DNA of 64,000 nucleotides from a bacterium (lineage in GTDB: Bacteria; UBA8248). The position numbers were made by a program, and so were the translations under genes. Positions 10,266 through 22,384 of the stretch are shown here, piece after piece. The stretch covers positions 2,592,001 through 2,656,000 of the forward strand of contig OY843592.1 in assembly GCA_963692865.2 (NCBI GenBank), given 5' to 3'. Each line of letters begins with the position of its first letter. Positions within the stretch are counted from its first letter, which is position 1. The notes under the pieces were generated by a model, which worked only from the letters and a program-made list of their open reading frames with translations, had not been told where the DNA came from and did not search any database.

Positions 10266-11415
10266 CCGCCCAATCCTCTATGTCTTCCCAAATTGGTTTT
10301 TTGAAATATCCTTGAATCAACAAATCATCGCCAATAACTTCATGTGTTACATTAAATAACCCGGGCAGAGATTGCAATTCCTCCGCATCAAGGCCCGATA
10401 TCGCGCCCGGCGCCTCATGATCCCCCACAATCAAGGGGGCCAAGAAGTAAAGGAGACGATCCGCCAAACCCTCCCGGATGAAGGAGCCGTGAACCCGCCC
10501 GCCGCCTTCCACGAGGATATGACGAACGCCGCGGCTTCCCAACACCCCCAACAGCGGAGCGAAAGAAACGCGGCCCTGTTGATCCGCTTCCACACGGATG
10601 ACTTCCGCGCCCGCTTCGCGCAACGCCTCTTCCCTGACGGGGGGCGCCGCGTTCGTAGTCGCAACGAGGGTGGAACTCCCCTGCAGAGGAGCGAGAATAC
10701 GGGCGCGAGAGGGCATCCTGAGCCTGGAATCCAGAACAACCCTCGCCAATGGCTTTCCCGCAACTCCATCAGGCCTCGCCGTAAGCAGTGGGTCGTCCTC
10801 GAGCACTGTCTCCACGCCCACCAGGATGGCGTCGACTGTGTTTCTGAAATGATGGCCCGCGTTTCGCGCCGCCTCGCCCGTTATCCATCTGCTCCGCCCG
10901 CTTCGGGTGGCGATTTTTCCGTCCAGACTCGCGGCGGCCTTCAAGGTAAGAAAAGGCCGGCCAAACCGCCACCAGTGGAAATAGGCCTCATTCTGGCGCA
11001 CCGCCTCCTCAGCCATGATGCCCGTTTCCACCCCGACGCCATGCGCGCGCAGGTGTGCAAATCCCTTGCCGGACACTTGCGGATTCGGATCCGAAACGGC
11101 TGCGATAACGTGAGAAACGCCCGCGGCCACCACAAAGGGCGCGCAGGGGGGGGTTCTGCCCTGGTGAGAACACGGCTCCAGGGTGAGGATCAAAACGCCT
11201 CCTCGCGCCCGATCACCCGCTTCCTGCAGCGCGAGGACTTCCGCATGCGGCTCCCCTGCCTTTCGGTGCCAGCCTCGGCCGACTATCTCACCATGGGCGT
11301 CGAGAACGACCGCGCCGACGAGCGGGTTGGGGCTCGTCCTCCCCTCCGCGCGCGCCGCGAGAGAGAGGGCTTCGGCCATCAACTCGTTTTTCCGCTCGGC
11401 GGAGAGGCGAAACAT
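10258..11415 (-). CDS. ribD: Bifunctional pyrimidine deaminase/reductase RibD
   Basis: PNPLVGAV, HAE, LEPCSHQGRTPPC, SLDGKIA, VEGGG; start reassigned to ATG 11415. Confidence 0.95.
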   Translation of the reverse strand: MFRLSAERKNELMAEALSLAARAEGRTSPNPLVGAVVLDAHGEIVGRGWHRKAGEPHAEVLALQEAGDRARGGVLILTLEPCSHQGRTPPCAPFVVAAGVSHVIAAVSDPNPQVSGKGFAHLRAHGVGVETGIMAEEAVRQNEAYFHWWRFGRPFLTLKAAASLDGKIATRSGRSRWITGEAARNAGHHFRNTVDAILVGVETVLEDDPLLTARPDGVAGKPLARVVLDSRLRMPSRARILAPLQGSSTLVATTNAAPPVREEALREAGAEVIRVEADQQGRVSFAPLLGVLGSRGVRHILVEGGGRVHGSFIREGLADRLLYFLAPLIVGDHEAPGAISGLDAEELQSLPGLFNVTHEVIGDDLLIQGYFKKPIWEDIEDWAGV

Positions 11416-11431
11416 CAAAGAGAAATCCCGC

Positions 11432-14089
11432 TCAATGGATTTCGACCGTCTGGTATGAGCCGTGCGTGATGGCCGCCTGGGCGGCGGCGAGCCTCGCAAT
11501 CGGCGCCCGATACGGCGCGCAGGAGACGTAATCCATTTTCACCATGTGGCAAAATTCAACCGAGGTGGGTTCTCCGCCGTGTTCTCCGCAGATGCCCACC
11601 TCGAGGTTCTCCCGCCTGGCCCGGCCGCGCTCGATGCCGATTCTCACCATCTCGCCCACGCCCTCGCGATCGACGGCCACGAAAGGATCTCGGGGAATCA
11701 AATCCTTCTCGATGTATTTGGGCAGGAACCAGCCCGCGTCGTCGCGGCTCAAGCCATAGGTCAACTGCGTGAGGTCGTTCGTGCCGAAACTGAAGAATTC
11801 CGCGCTGTCGGCAATCTCTCCCGCCAGGAGGCAAGCCCTGGGGATTTCGATCATCGTGCCGGTGAGATATCGCGGCGTTACGCCTTTTTCTTCGATCACC
11901 TTCTGAGCGACCTCGTGCACGATGTCGCGGTTGAACTCCCATTCCCCGATGCCCGAGGTGAGCGGAATCATGATCTCGGGCAGCACGTCCACGCCTCGCG
12001 ATTTCATCTCGCATGCCGCCTCGATGATGGCGCGCACCTGCATTTCGGCGATTTCAGGATAGGTGACCACCAGACGACAGCCGCGGTGGCCAAGCATCGG
12101 GTTTTGCTCTTCGGTCGCTTCGGTGGCGTGGCGCACCGCGTCGAGGCCCACGCCCAGCAGCCTGGCCACGTGCTCCATGTCTTCTTCCGTTTTGGGCAAG
12201 AACTCGTGAAGCGGCGGATCCAGCAGCCGGATCGTCACGGGCCTTGCCTTCATCACTTCGAAGATGCCGATGAAATCCTCGCGCTGCATGGGCAGGAGAT
12301 GATCGAGCGCATCCCGCCTCCCTTCCTCCGTGGCCGCCAGAATCATCGCGCGCACGTAGTCGATGCGCTCGCCCTCGAAGAACATGTGCTCCGTGCGGCA
12401 CAGGCCGATTCCCTCGCAGCCGAATTTGACGGCCGCCTCGCTGTCCGTCACCGTGTCGGCGTTGGCGCGAACGCCCAGGGTCCTGATCTCGTCCGCCCAT
12501 TCCATCAGGGTGGCGAAATCTCCCGAAAGCTCGGGCTGTTTGAGTTTCGCCTCGCCCAGTATCACCTCACCCGTGGCGCCGTTCAGGGAAATAAAATCCC
12601 CCTCCAATACCGTCTCGCCGTTTACGTGGATCACCTTCTCATCCGCCTTGACGTTCAGGGCGCTGCAGCCCGTAACGCAGCATTTGCCCATTTGCCGGGC
12701 GACGACGGCCGCGTGCGAGGTGAGCCCGCCGCGCGCCGTGAGGATGCCCTGAGAAACGTTCATCCCGTTGATGTCCTCGGGGCTCGTCTCCTGACGCACG
12801 AGAATCACGGGTTCTCCCGCTTCGGCCCGCTCCACCGCATCCGCCGCGGTGAAGACCACCCGGCCCACGGCGGCGCCCGGCGACGCGGCCAGACCCGTGG
12901 CGGCTACCTTCAAATCCCCCTCCGCGTCGATCATCGGATGGAGCAACTGATCCAGGCTGTCGGGCTCCACCTTTTGGAGGGCCGCCCGCCTGTCTATCAC
13001 GCCTTCCCGCACCAACTGGATGGCGATTCGCACGGCCGCCGCCGCCGTTCGCTTGCCGTTTCTCGTCTGAAGCATGAACAGGCGTCCGTTCTGGATCGTG
13101 AACTCCATGTCCTGCATGTCTTTGTAATGGGCTTCGAGCTTTTCGGTAATGCTTTCAAACTCGGCGTAACACTCGGGCATCTTTTCTTTGAGGACATCGA
13201 TGGGCTCGGGCGTCCTGATGCCCGCCACCACGTCCTCGCCCTGGGCGTTGAAGAGAATCTCGCCATAGAGGGCGTCCTCGCCGGTCGCCGGGTTTCGCGA
13301 GAAGGCGACCCCGGTGCCGCAATCCTCGCCCATGTTGCCGTAGACCATGCACTGCACGTTCACGGCGGTGCCCCAGTCGTGGGGAATATGGTACAGCCTG
13401 CGGTAGGTGAAGGCGCGGTCGTTGTTCCAGGATTTGAACACCGCCTCTATGGCCAGACGGAGTTGCTCGTAAGGGTCCTGGGGGAAACCCGAACCCGTTT
13501 TTTCTTTGACGAGGGCGGCGTATTCGTTCGCCAGTTCGACCAGGTCGTCCGCCGTCAGGTCCAGGTCGGACGCTGCGCCCTTGCGCTGTTTCATCGCCTC
13601 GATCTTCGATTCGAAATCGTGGTGATCCATCTCTAGAACCACGTTGCCGAACATGTTGATGAACCTGCGATAGCTGTCGTACGCGAAGCGGCGGCTGCCC
13701 GATTTTTTCTCGAGGGCGGCGACCGTCTCGTCGTTCATCCCCAGATTCAGGACGGTATCCATCATGCCCGGCATCGAGTCGCGCGCGCCCGAGCGCACGC
13801 TCACCAGAAGCGGATTTTCATCACCGCCGAACTGCGCCCCCATCGCGTCTTCCAGACGCGCCATCTGCTCCTTCACGCCCTCCCAGAGGCCGTCGGGAAA
13901 TGTCTTTTGCCTCAAATAATCGACGCAAACCTGCGTGGTGATGGTAAAACCCGGCGGCACGGGTATGTCCAGGCTCGCCATCTCCGCCAGATTCGCTCCT
14001 TTGCCGCCCAGCAAGTTGCGCATTCCGGCGTCGCCGTCGGTTCGCCCCGCGCCAAAGGAATAAATCATCTTCTCCGCCATCACCTGCAT
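11432..14089 (-). CDS. ppdK: Pyruvate, phosphate dikinase
   Basis: GGKGANLAEM, GGLTSHAAVVAR (phospho-His), GIGLCRTEHMF, FSFGTNDLTQ. Confidence 0.97.
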   Translation of the reverse strand: MQVMAEKMIYSFGAGRTDGDAGMRNLLGGKGANLAEMASLDIPVPPGFTITTQVCVDYLRQKTFPDGLWEGVKEQMARLEDAMGAQFGGDENPLLVSVRSGARDSMPGMMDTVLNLGMNDETVAALEKKSGSRRFAYDSYRRFINMFGNVVLEMDHHDFESKIEAMKQRKGAASDLDLTADDLVELANEYAALVKEKTGSGFPQDPYEQLRLAIEAVFKSWNNDRAFTYRRLYHIPHDWGTAVNVQCMVYGNMGEDCGTGVAFSRNPATGEDALYGEILFNAQGEDVVAGIRTPEPIDVLKEKMPECYAEFESITEKLEAHYKDMQDMEFTIQNGRLFMLQTRNGKRTAAAAVRIAIQLVREGVIDRRAALQKVEPDSLDQLLHPMIDAEGDLKVAATGLAASPGAAVGRVVFTAADAVERAEAGEPVILVRQETSPEDINGMNVSQGILTARGGLTSHAAVVARQMGKCCVTGCSALNVKADEKVIHVNGETVLEGDFISLNGATGEVILGEAKLKQPELSGDFATLMEWADEIRTLGVRANADTVTDSEAAVKFGCEGIGLCRTEHMFFEGERIDYVRAMILAATEEGRRDALDHLLPMQREDFIGIFEVMKARPVTIRLLDPPLHEFLPKTEEDMEHVARLLGVGLDAVRHATEATEEQNPMLGHRGCRLVVTYPEIAEMQVRAIIEAACEMKSRGVDVLPEIMIPLTSGIGEWEFNRDIVHEVAQKVIEEKGVTPRYLTGTMIEIPRACLLAGEIADSAEFFSFGTNDLTQLTYGLSRDDAGWFLPKYIEKDLIPRDPFVAVDREGVGEMVRIGIERGRARRENLEVGICGEHGGEPTSVEFCHMVKMDYVSCAPYRAPIARLAAAQAAITHGSYQTVEIH

Positions 14090-14140
14090 CCTCCCGCGCC
14101 TTTCGCGCGTCTGAAAAAAGTCATGGGTGACCGGAAACAG

Positions 14141-16342
14141 CTACGATTGTTTCGTCGCCCTGGATTGAATTATCGTAAAATCCGCGTTCGCCGAAAACAG
14201 CGCGCCCACGCCGGCCATCAGCGCAAGGCGATTCTTCCGCAAGGCGGCGTCCTCGGTCATCACCATCACCTCATCGAAAAAATCATCCACCACGGGGCGA
14301 ATTTCCGCGATGGAGGTATTCGCTGAAACATAGGCCTCCTCCAGGGAGGCGGCGTCTCCCGCGGATACGTTCGCCAACGCGTCTTTCACCGACTTTGAAA
14401 CAGCACCCAAGGATTTGCTCAGCCTTTTCTCGGCGTCATCTACAAGAATATCCTCATCCAGGCTGTCCGCCGTATCATGTTCACCGCCCTGATTCGCCTG
14501 CCGGATGATGTTGCTCACCCGCTTGAAGGTCGTCGTGAGCGGCTCGAAGGTTTCTTCGCTCGAAGCCAACCGCTCCAGCGCGCGGAGCCGCGCCCTCGCG
14601 TCTATCACGTCGCGCCAGCCCGTGTCGCCTCCCGCCGCCAGCACCGCCTCCACCAGGTCGCCTCGCGCGCCGCCGCGCGAAAGACAGGCGGACACCCGGT
14701 TGCGCAGAAAACCCAAAACTCTTTCAACCGCCTCGCCCCGGTCTTTGAACTTATCCTCAAGGGGTTCGCTTGCGACTTCCACCCATTCAGGGAGGGAGAT
14801 TCTGAAACCCTTGTCTTCCAGGATGAGCAGAATCGCATTGGCCGCGCGTCTGAGCGCATAAGGGTCCTCCGAGCCGCTGGGCAGGTAGCCAAGCCCCACC
14901 ATGCCGACGATGGTGTCCATGCGGTCGGCAAGCCCGACGACGGCCCCCGCTAGGCCTACGGGTAAATCGTCTCCCTCGCCCCTGGGGAGATAATGCTCGT
15001 ATATGGCGCGGGATACCGCCTCGTCCCTGCCCTCGCGTTCTGCGTAGCGCCGCCCCATGACGCCCTGTAGCTCCGGAAACTCATAGACCATGCCGCTGGT
15101 CAAATCCGCTTTACACAGAGACGCCGCTTCGTCCACGGAGCTCGCCAACGCGGCATCTCCCGGCGCAATCTTTTCGCACAGCCAAGCGCCCAGGCGCCTG
15201 AAACGCTCCACCTTGTCCCAACTCGTGCCCAGCCTCGGGTGATAGACCACGCCCTTCAACGCCTCCGCCATGTCGGCGAGGGGCTTTTGGAGGTCTTGCC
15301 GCCAATAAAAATCCGCGTCCTCCAATCTCGCGCGCACGACACGCTCGTAGCCCTTGCGCACCACGCCCATATCCTTCGCCCGCGTGTTGCTCACGCCGAT
15401 GAAGGAGGGAACGAGCCGCTCTCCACCCTTCTCCTTGAGGGCAAAACACCTTTGGTGTATTTCCAGGGTGGAGATGATGACCTCGCCCGGCAGGTCCAGA
15501 AACTTCTCATCGAACCCGCACGCCACCGGAAACGGCCACTCCACCAGGTGCGCCACCTTTTCCACCAGGCGCTCCACGGCCTCTTCGTCCGCCGCGGGTT
15601 CGCCTCCTTGCGATTCAGCCGCTTCGAGAATGCTCGCTCGAACCATGGGGATGCGCCCGCCACCGCTCCCGTCATCGACGATGGGCTCTACATTATTCTC
15701 ATGTAAGGCATGAATATATTCCTGGAAATTACTGATATTTAGGTTATTGCTTCCATGAAACCTGTGGCCATTCGTGATCGATCCAAAGCGCGGAAGAGAT
15801 GCGCCCTCACTCAATGCGGGACCGTCGACGCGCTCCTGCCCATAAAGCGCCAAAACCCATTGCACGGGCCGGACGAAGGAAAACTTGCCTGCCCCCCAGC
15901 GCATGGATTTAGGGGACGGCAACTCCTGGACGAGTTTCGTCAGCAAAGGCCCCAAAACGGCTTTGGCCTCATCCCCCAAGTCTTCTCTGAAATACATCAG
16001 GCGCGCGCCCTTGGGCGTATCCACCTGTTTGAGTTCGGACACCTCTGCGCCATTCGTCCTCGCGAAGCCGAGGGCCGCTTTCGTCGGATTCCCGTCTTCA
16101 TCGAATGCGTTCTTGACGGGAGGACCCAGGATTTCTTCTTGAAGCGGCTGCTGGCGCTCCGCCAAATCGGCCACGTGCAGGACGAGCCGTCTGGGCGTTC
16201 CGAACGTCTCCAGATCCTCGCAGGCGAGGCGCGCCTCTTCAAACGCCGCCTCGGCTCGAACCTTCAGCGCAGCGAGCATCCCCGGCATATAGATGGAGGG
16301 AATCTCCTCGGTCCCGATTTCAAAGAGCAGTTCTTTGCCCAA
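14141..16342 (-). CDS. glyS: Glycine-tRNA ligase beta subunit
   Basis: LLFEIGTEEIP, TPRRL, MRWG, EFPELQGVMG, NRLAL. Confidence 0.96.
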   Translation of the reverse strand: MGKELLFEIGTEEIPSIYMPGMLAALKVRAEAAFEEARLACEDLETFGTPRRLVLHVADLAERQQPLQEEILGPPVKNAFDEDGNPTKAALGFARTNGAEVSELKQVDTPKGARLMYFREDLGDEAKAVLGPLLTKLVQELPSPKSMRWGAGKFSFVRPVQWVLALYGQERVDGPALSEGASLPRFGSITNGHRFHGSNNLNISNFQEYIHALHENNVEPIVDDGSGGGRIPMVRASILEAAESQGGEPAADEEAVERLVEKVAHLVEWPFPVACGFDEKFLDLPGEVIISTLEIHQRCFALKEKGGERLVPSFIGVSNTRAKDMGVVRKGYERVVRARLEDADFYWRQDLQKPLADMAEALKGVVYHPRLGTSWDKVERFRRLGAWLCEKIAPGDAALASSVDEAASLCKADLTSGMVYEFPELQGVMGRRYAEREGRDEAVSRAIYEHYLPRGEGDDLPVGLAGAVVGLADRMDTIVGMVGLGYLPSGSEDPYALRRAANAILLILEDKGFRISLPEWVEVASEPLEDKFKDRGEAVERVLGFLRNRVSACLSRGGARGDLVEAVLAAGGDTGWRDVIDARARLRALERLASSEETFEPLTTTFKRVSNIIRQANQGGEHDTADSLDEDILVDDAEKRLSKSLGAVSKSVKDALANVSAGDAASLEEAYVSANTSIAEIRPVVDDFFDEVMVMTEDAALRKNRLALMAGVGALFSANADFTIIQSRATKQS

Positions 16343-16351
16343 AACGACCCC

Positions 16352-17325
<974 letters not shown>

Positions 17326-17329
<4 letters not shown>

Positions 17330-18534
17330 CCGAGAAACTCCTTATGTAGTACGCGCACCGCATTCTCGGAATCCGCCTGGCAAACCACGACGGATATGGA
17401 AATCTCGGAAGTCGAAATCATCATGATGTTGATGCGGCTTCTCGCCAAGGCGGAGAAAACGCGCGCCGCCACGCCGGCCTGGCTCTTCATGCCCACGCCC
17501 ACGACGGAAACTTTTGCAATGTCGTCGTCGCGGGAGATTGCGGCGCCGCCGAAGGATTCATTGGATTTGCGCATGATTTCTTCGGCTTGCCCGGCCATGT
17601 CGCTGTTCACCGTGATGGAGATGTCGGTCAGAGCGTTTTCGCTCACGTTCTGGACGATCATATCCACCATGATGGATTTTTCGGCCAACTGGCCGAACAA
17701 AGCGGCGGCGATTCCGGGCCTGTCGGGCACGGCGCCAATCGTGAGTTTCGACTGCTTCGAATCGCAACTCACGCCGCGAACGGCGGGGGACTCGATTCCC
17801 GTCGACTCTGGAATGATCAATGTTCCCTCTCCTTCATCAAACGCGGAGCGGACGACGAGCGGAAGGGCATACTTCGCCGCCAGATCCACAGAGCGCGCCT
17901 GCAATACTTTCGCGCCCAGGGACGCGAGTTCCATCATCTCCTCGAACGATATCTGCTCCATGCGCTTCGCGTCGGGGACAAGGCGCGGGTCGGCAGTGTA
18001 CACCCCGTCCACATCGGTATAAATCTCACAGCGGTCCGCTTCAAGCGCGGCGGCCAAGGCCACGGCGGTAAGGTCGGAGCCTCCGCGCCCGAGCGTCGTC
18101 TCCTCATCGAACTCGTCGACTCCCTGAAAACCCGCCGCGACGACCACCTTTCCCTCGTCGAGTTCCTTGAGAATCCTCGCCGGGCGGATGGAGCGTACGC
18201 GCGCGCGCGTATGGGCTCCCTCCGTCAGAATGCCCGCCTGCCCGCCCGTCAAGGATATGGCGGGGATTCCGGCCGCATCAAGGGCGATGGCCAGAAGCGA
18301 ACTCGCAATGCGCTCCCCGGAAGTGAGCAGCAAATCTATCTCCCGCCCCACCGGCTGGGGCGAAAGCTCGTGCGCGAGGCGAATCAGTTTGTCGGTTTCG
18401 CCCGCCATCGCGCTCACCACGACGATGATGCGGTCCCAAGAACTTCTCGCCGACGACACCCGCTTGACCACGGCGCGGATCTTGTCCAGATTCGCAACCG
18501 ACGTGCCGCCGAATTTCTTTACGACCAGACTCAT
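17326..18534 (-). CDS. lysC: Aspartate kinase
   Basis: [21 protein letters not shown], two ACT domains. Confidence 0.96.
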
Positions 18535-18543
18535 TTTATCCCA

Positions 18544-19824
18544 TTATCCGCCGAGCAATCGTTTTTTCACCGCATCGAGCGTATAGACGCGCCCTGCATG
18601 CCCCAGTTCTTCGGAAAAACCGACGCCTGAATTTTTTCGCGTCCCATCGCCTCCGCGAAACATATTCAAAAGGGCGGCCAATCCGCCCGAACGCTTCGGC
18701 GGAGTGAAATTCTCCCCATCGAAATCCGTCATGGCGAACGGGACGGCATCGGCGATCCATTCCTGGGATTCCACGCTGAAGCCACAATCCACCGCCACGA
18801 GGATGCGGCAGGGGCCGCTCAACTCTTCCAACAGGGGCGACATGAACCCGGCGTCGAACCTTTCGATGGACTCGATTTTATCCTCAGGCTCGCGCCACGG
18901 GGATGTGTCGGCCGCATCCTCGATCACAAAAACGAAATCATGTCTCGAAAGCGCCTCGCTCACCGCGGCGGATGCCTTCTCCCCCGGCTCATATACATCC
19001 GCACCCCCCAGTTTGGCAAAGCCCTTTGCGAGTTGCGAGTCGGTGATCAACGCCGATCTCCTGCCTCCCGTTTTTTCCGACATCCGCTCGACCTCTTCGG
19101 CGAGACCCCCGCCCCAAAGCCAGGCGGAGTTCGCCGCGAACATGCGGGTTTGCGCCTTTTCCCTCAAACCCGCGTGGGTGGAGAGCACCATCTGGGAATC
19201 ATTGACGAAATGAACGAAACGACGCGCCTCCTCCGCTACCGGCATATGCTCCCCGATGGGTTTTCCGGTGATCGCATACGGGGGCGAGAAACCGCGAAAG
19301 GATTCTTGCGAAAGCGGCGCGCCCTCGCGCTGATAAAAGAGAAGCGCCTCGCAGCCGCCCAGGGATTCGAAGCGGAAAGATTCGCCCTCATCGGGCGGCA
19401 TATGCCTTTCCAGATAGGCGATGAGTTCACGGTTCTCCTCGTCCGTGACGCCGAAGCCGGTCGGGTCCAGCATGACGACGCTCGTGGCGCCGGGCTTCAG
19501 GCAGACGAAGTTCAGCCGGAAAACCGCCTCCCCCGCCCTGGGGAGAAGGTCGGCGGCAGCGGACAGCATAAGGCCGGAAGACAGGGCGTCTGAGAAGCCG
19601 AAAAATTTCTTGAGAAACCCATCCAGGGAGGGATGCTCCTCACCGGATGCGAGAGACCATACGCCCGAAAATCCCGAACCCGCCAGGCGGTCCAGCGCGG
19701 GCGTACGCGCCCTTTGCAAAGGCGTTTCACCTCCAAAATCCGCCACCGGCCTGTCTGCGAGGCCGCGCGCGAGAACCATCAGGATTTTCCGCATCGGGAA
19801 TTGATCTCTTGTCAGCGTGATCAC
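18544..19824 (-). CDS. ApgM-like protein (cofactor-independent phosphoglycerate mutase / proposed homoserine kinase family) with degenerate metal ligands
   Basis: GLADRP...GETPLQRARTPALDRLA, FRLNFV, ANSAWLWGGG, KIESIERFD; lies between hom and lysC. Confidence 0.75.
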   Translation of the reverse strand: MITLTRDQFPMRKILMVLARGLADRPVADFGGETPLQRARTPALDRLAGSGFSGVWSLASGEEHPSLDGFLKKFFGFSDALSSGLMLSAAADLLPRAGEAVFRLNFVCLKPGATSVVMLDPTGFGVTDEENRELIAYLERHMPPDEGESFRFESLGGCEALLFYQREGAPLSQESFRGFSPPYAITGKPIGEHMPVAEEARRFVHFVNDSQMVLSTHAGLREKAQTRMFAANSAWLWGGGLAEEVERMSEKTGGRRSALITDSQLAKGFAKLGGADVYEPGEKASAAVSEALSRHDFVFVIEDAADTSPWREPEDKIESIERFDAGFMSPLLEELSGPCRILVAVDCGFSVESQEWIADAVPFAMTDFDGENFTPPKRSGGLAALLNMFRGGDGTRKNSGVGFSEELGHAGRVYTLDAVKKRLLGG

Positions 19825-21149
19825 ATGAAAGCCATGCCGTCCGATTCCACTCGAATGAGCGCGTAAGCAGGCTGCACCACGTCGAGGCGGGAAATCTCCT
19901 CGAGCGCGTTTTGCATGTTCGCCTCCGTCGCATTGTGAGTCAGCAACACGAGGCGGGCATAGCCGTCTTCGTCGGCGCGGCTCTTCTGGACGACGGTTTC
20001 GAGACTGATGTCGTGTTCGCCGAAAACGCCGGAGATGCGGCTCAACACCCCCGGTTTGTCCAAGGCCGCGAAGCGAACGTAGAAGCGCGTCGAAATTTCA
20101 CGGGGCGTCAGGATGTCGAGACGCGCGCGTTGATCCGGCAAAAACGCGGCGGTGGGGATCCGTGAGTCGCCCCCGTTCTTGAGCCATCTCGCCACTTCGA
20201 TGATATCGCCCACCACGGCGGAGGCCGTGGCCTCCGAACCCGCGCCTTTGCCGATGAAAACCTGCGGCCCGGCATTCACGCCCGAGACGGCCACGGCATT
20301 GTAGACCCCTCCCACCCGCGCCAGGGGGTGGCTTTCGGGGAGCATTGCCGGATGGACGCGAATATCGAGTTTTCCGTTTTTCTCGCGCGCCATGGCGATG
20401 AGCTTGATCCGGTAGCCGAGTTCCTTGGCGATGTCGATATCGGCGGACGTGATTTGTCGTATCCCCTCGGTGTGGTATTCCTCAACGTCCACGGGCGTGC
20501 CGTAGGCCAGGTTCGCCAGAATCGCTATCTTGTGAGACGCATCGACGCCGTCGATATCGAAAGCCGGGTCGGCCTCGGCATAGCCGAGTTCCTGCGCACG
20601 CGCGAGCGTTTCTCCGAAATCCGCGCCCATCTCCGTCATACGGCTCAGAATATAGTTGCACGTTCCGTTCAGGATGCCGGCGAGCCTCTCGATTTTATCC
20701 GCAGCGAAGGCCTCGCGCAGGTTTCTGACTATCGGAATGCCGCCCGCGACGGACGCCTCGAAACCCAGCGGGCAGCCGGCCCTCTCCGCCGCGGCGAATA
20801 TCTCCTCACCGTGAACGGCGAGCACCGCCTTGTTCGCGGTCACCACCGGCTTTTTCTTCTCGATCGCCCGCAGGATGTGGCGTCTGGCGTCTTCCGTCCC
20901 CCCGATGAGTTCCGCGACCACGTGAACCTCGGGCGCGTCGATGACGGCCTCGAAATCCGTGCCCATATTCTCGGGCGCCACCCCGCGCGCCGTCTTCTTC
21001 TTGGCGAAAACGCTGCGATCCGCGATTCTGGAGACGCACACCTCCACGCCGAGGCGTCTTTTGATCAACTCCCGCTGCTCGTCGAGCAGATTCACCACGC
21101 CGCTTCCGACGGTGCCCAAACCCAGTATGCCGACGCAAATTTTCTTCAT
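19821..21149 (-). CDS. hom: Homoserine dehydrogenase
   Basis: GLGTVGSG, VVTANK, FEASVAGGIP, GILNGTCNYIL, C-terminal ACT domain; start reassigned to ATG 21149. Confidence 0.96.
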   Translation of the reverse strand: MKKICVGILGLGTVGSGVVNLLDEQRELIKRRLGVEVCVSRIADRSVFAKKKTARGVAPENMGTDFEAVIDAPEVHVVAELIGGTEDARRHILRAIEKKKPVVTANKAVLAVHGEEIFAAAERAGCPLGFEASVAGGIPIVRNLREAFAADKIERLAGILNGTCNYILSRMTEMGADFGETLARAQELGYAEADPAFDIDGVDASHKIAILANLAYGTPVDVEEYHTEGIRQITSADIDIAKELGYRIKLIAMAREKNGKLDIRVHPAMLPESHPLARVGGVYNAVAVSGVNAGPQVFIGKGAGSEATASAVVGDIIEVARWLKNGGDSRIPTAAFLPDQRARLDILTPREISTRFYVRFAALDKPGVLSRISGVFGEHDISLETVVQKSRADEDGYARLVLLTHNATEANMQNALEEISRLDVVQPAYALIRVESDGMAFM

Positions 21150-21175
21150 ATTCCTTCGACCCGATGAGCGGCGAA

Positions 21176-22378
21176 CTAGCTCGCCGCCCGCCTGGGCGCT
21201 TTCTCCTGAAACAGGGGTCGTAAGTTTCTGAGCGCCTGCCGCGTGCGGTGTTCGTTCTCCACGAGCGCGAAGCGCACGTGCCCGTCGCCCAACTCGCCGA
21301 AGCCGACGCCGGGAGAGACGGCCACCTCGGATTCGGTCAACAAGAACTTGGAAAACTCCAGAGAACCCATCTCTCGATAGGCCTGGGGAATCTCCGCCCA
21401 TACGAACATCGTGCCCCTGGGTTTTTGAATCTGCCAGCCGATTCTCTCCAACCCGTTGCACAGCACGTCGCGGCGATTCTGGTAAATCCCCCGAATTTCC
21501 TCTACACACTCCTGAGAACCGTTGAGCGCGATGATCGAAGCAATCTGGATGGGCTGGAACGCGCCGTAGTCGAGGTAGCTCTTGATGCGCCTGAGCGCGC
21601 CGATGATCTCCCTGTTCCCCACGGCGAAGCCAATCCGCCATCCGGGCATGGAGTAGCTCTTCGAGAGCGAGAAAAACTCCACGCTCACATCCTTGGCGCC
21701 CTTTACCTGCAAAATGCTGGGCGGTTCATAGCCGTCAAAGCCCAAATCCGCATAGGCGAAATCGTGGACAACGATGAGGTTGTATTCCTTCGCGAAGGCG
21801 ACGACTTTTTCGAAAAAATCAAGGTCCACGCAAACCGTGGTGGGGTTGTGCGGGAAGCTCAAAACGAGGATTTTCGGCCGCGGCCAAATCGGACGGATGA
21901 TATCGGTCATGTTTTCAAAGAAATCATCCCCCTGCGAGAGCGGCACGTGGACCACGTTGCCGTTCGCCAGTACCATGGCGTAGGTATGGATGGGGTACGT
22001 GGGGCTCGGCACCATGACCAAATCGCCCGGGTTCGTGATGGCCAACGCGAGGTGGGAGATCCCCTCCTTCACGCCGATGGTGACGATGGCCTCCTCTTCA
22101 GAGTCGATGTTCACGTCATAGCGGCGGCCGTACCAGTCGGCGATGGCCGTCCTCAGCCGGGTGATGCCCCGCGAAGCGCTGTAGCGGTGATTCCTGGGGT
22201 TCGTCGCCGCCTCCACGAGTTTTTCCACGATGTGCGGCGGGGTGGCGAGGTCGGGGTTTCCCATGCCGAAATCGATGATGTCGTCGCCACGGCGTCGAGC
22301 CTCGATCTTCAACTCGTCGACGCTCGCAAAGACATAGGGCGGCAGGCGCGTAATGCGCTGGAACTCATACACGTTCAA
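21176..22378 (-). CDS. alaC: Class I/II PLP aminotransferase, AlaC-like
   Basis: [34 protein letters not shown]. Confidence 0.85.
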   Translation of the reverse strand: MNVYEFQRITRLPPYVFASVDELKIEARRRGDDIIDFGMGNPDLATPPHIVEKLVEAATNPRNHRYSASRGITRLRTAIADWYGRRYDVNIDSEEEAIVTIGVKEGISHLALAITNPGDLVMVPSPTYPIHTYAMVLANGNVVHVPLSQGDDFFENMTDIIRPIWPRPKILVLSFPHNPTTVCVDLDFFEKVVAFAKEYNLIVVHDFAYADLGFDGYEPPSILQVKGAKDVSVEFFSLSKSYSMPGWRIGFAVGNREIIGALRRIKSYLDYGAFQPIQIASIIALNGSQECVEEIRGIYQNRRDVLCNGLERIGWQIQKPRGTMFVWAEIPQAYREMGSLEFSKFLLTESEVAVSPGVGFGELGDGHVRFALVENEHRTRQALRNLRPLFQEKAPRRAAS

Positions 22379-22384
22379 AAATCC

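Noticed and set aside
19821-21641. N-terminal extensions in the ORF track (hom; likewise holA, ribD, hisS, rpsU, the antitoxin and the aldo/keto reductase)
   Set aside because: The extensions overlap neighbouring genes or repeats; downstream starts match family N-termini.
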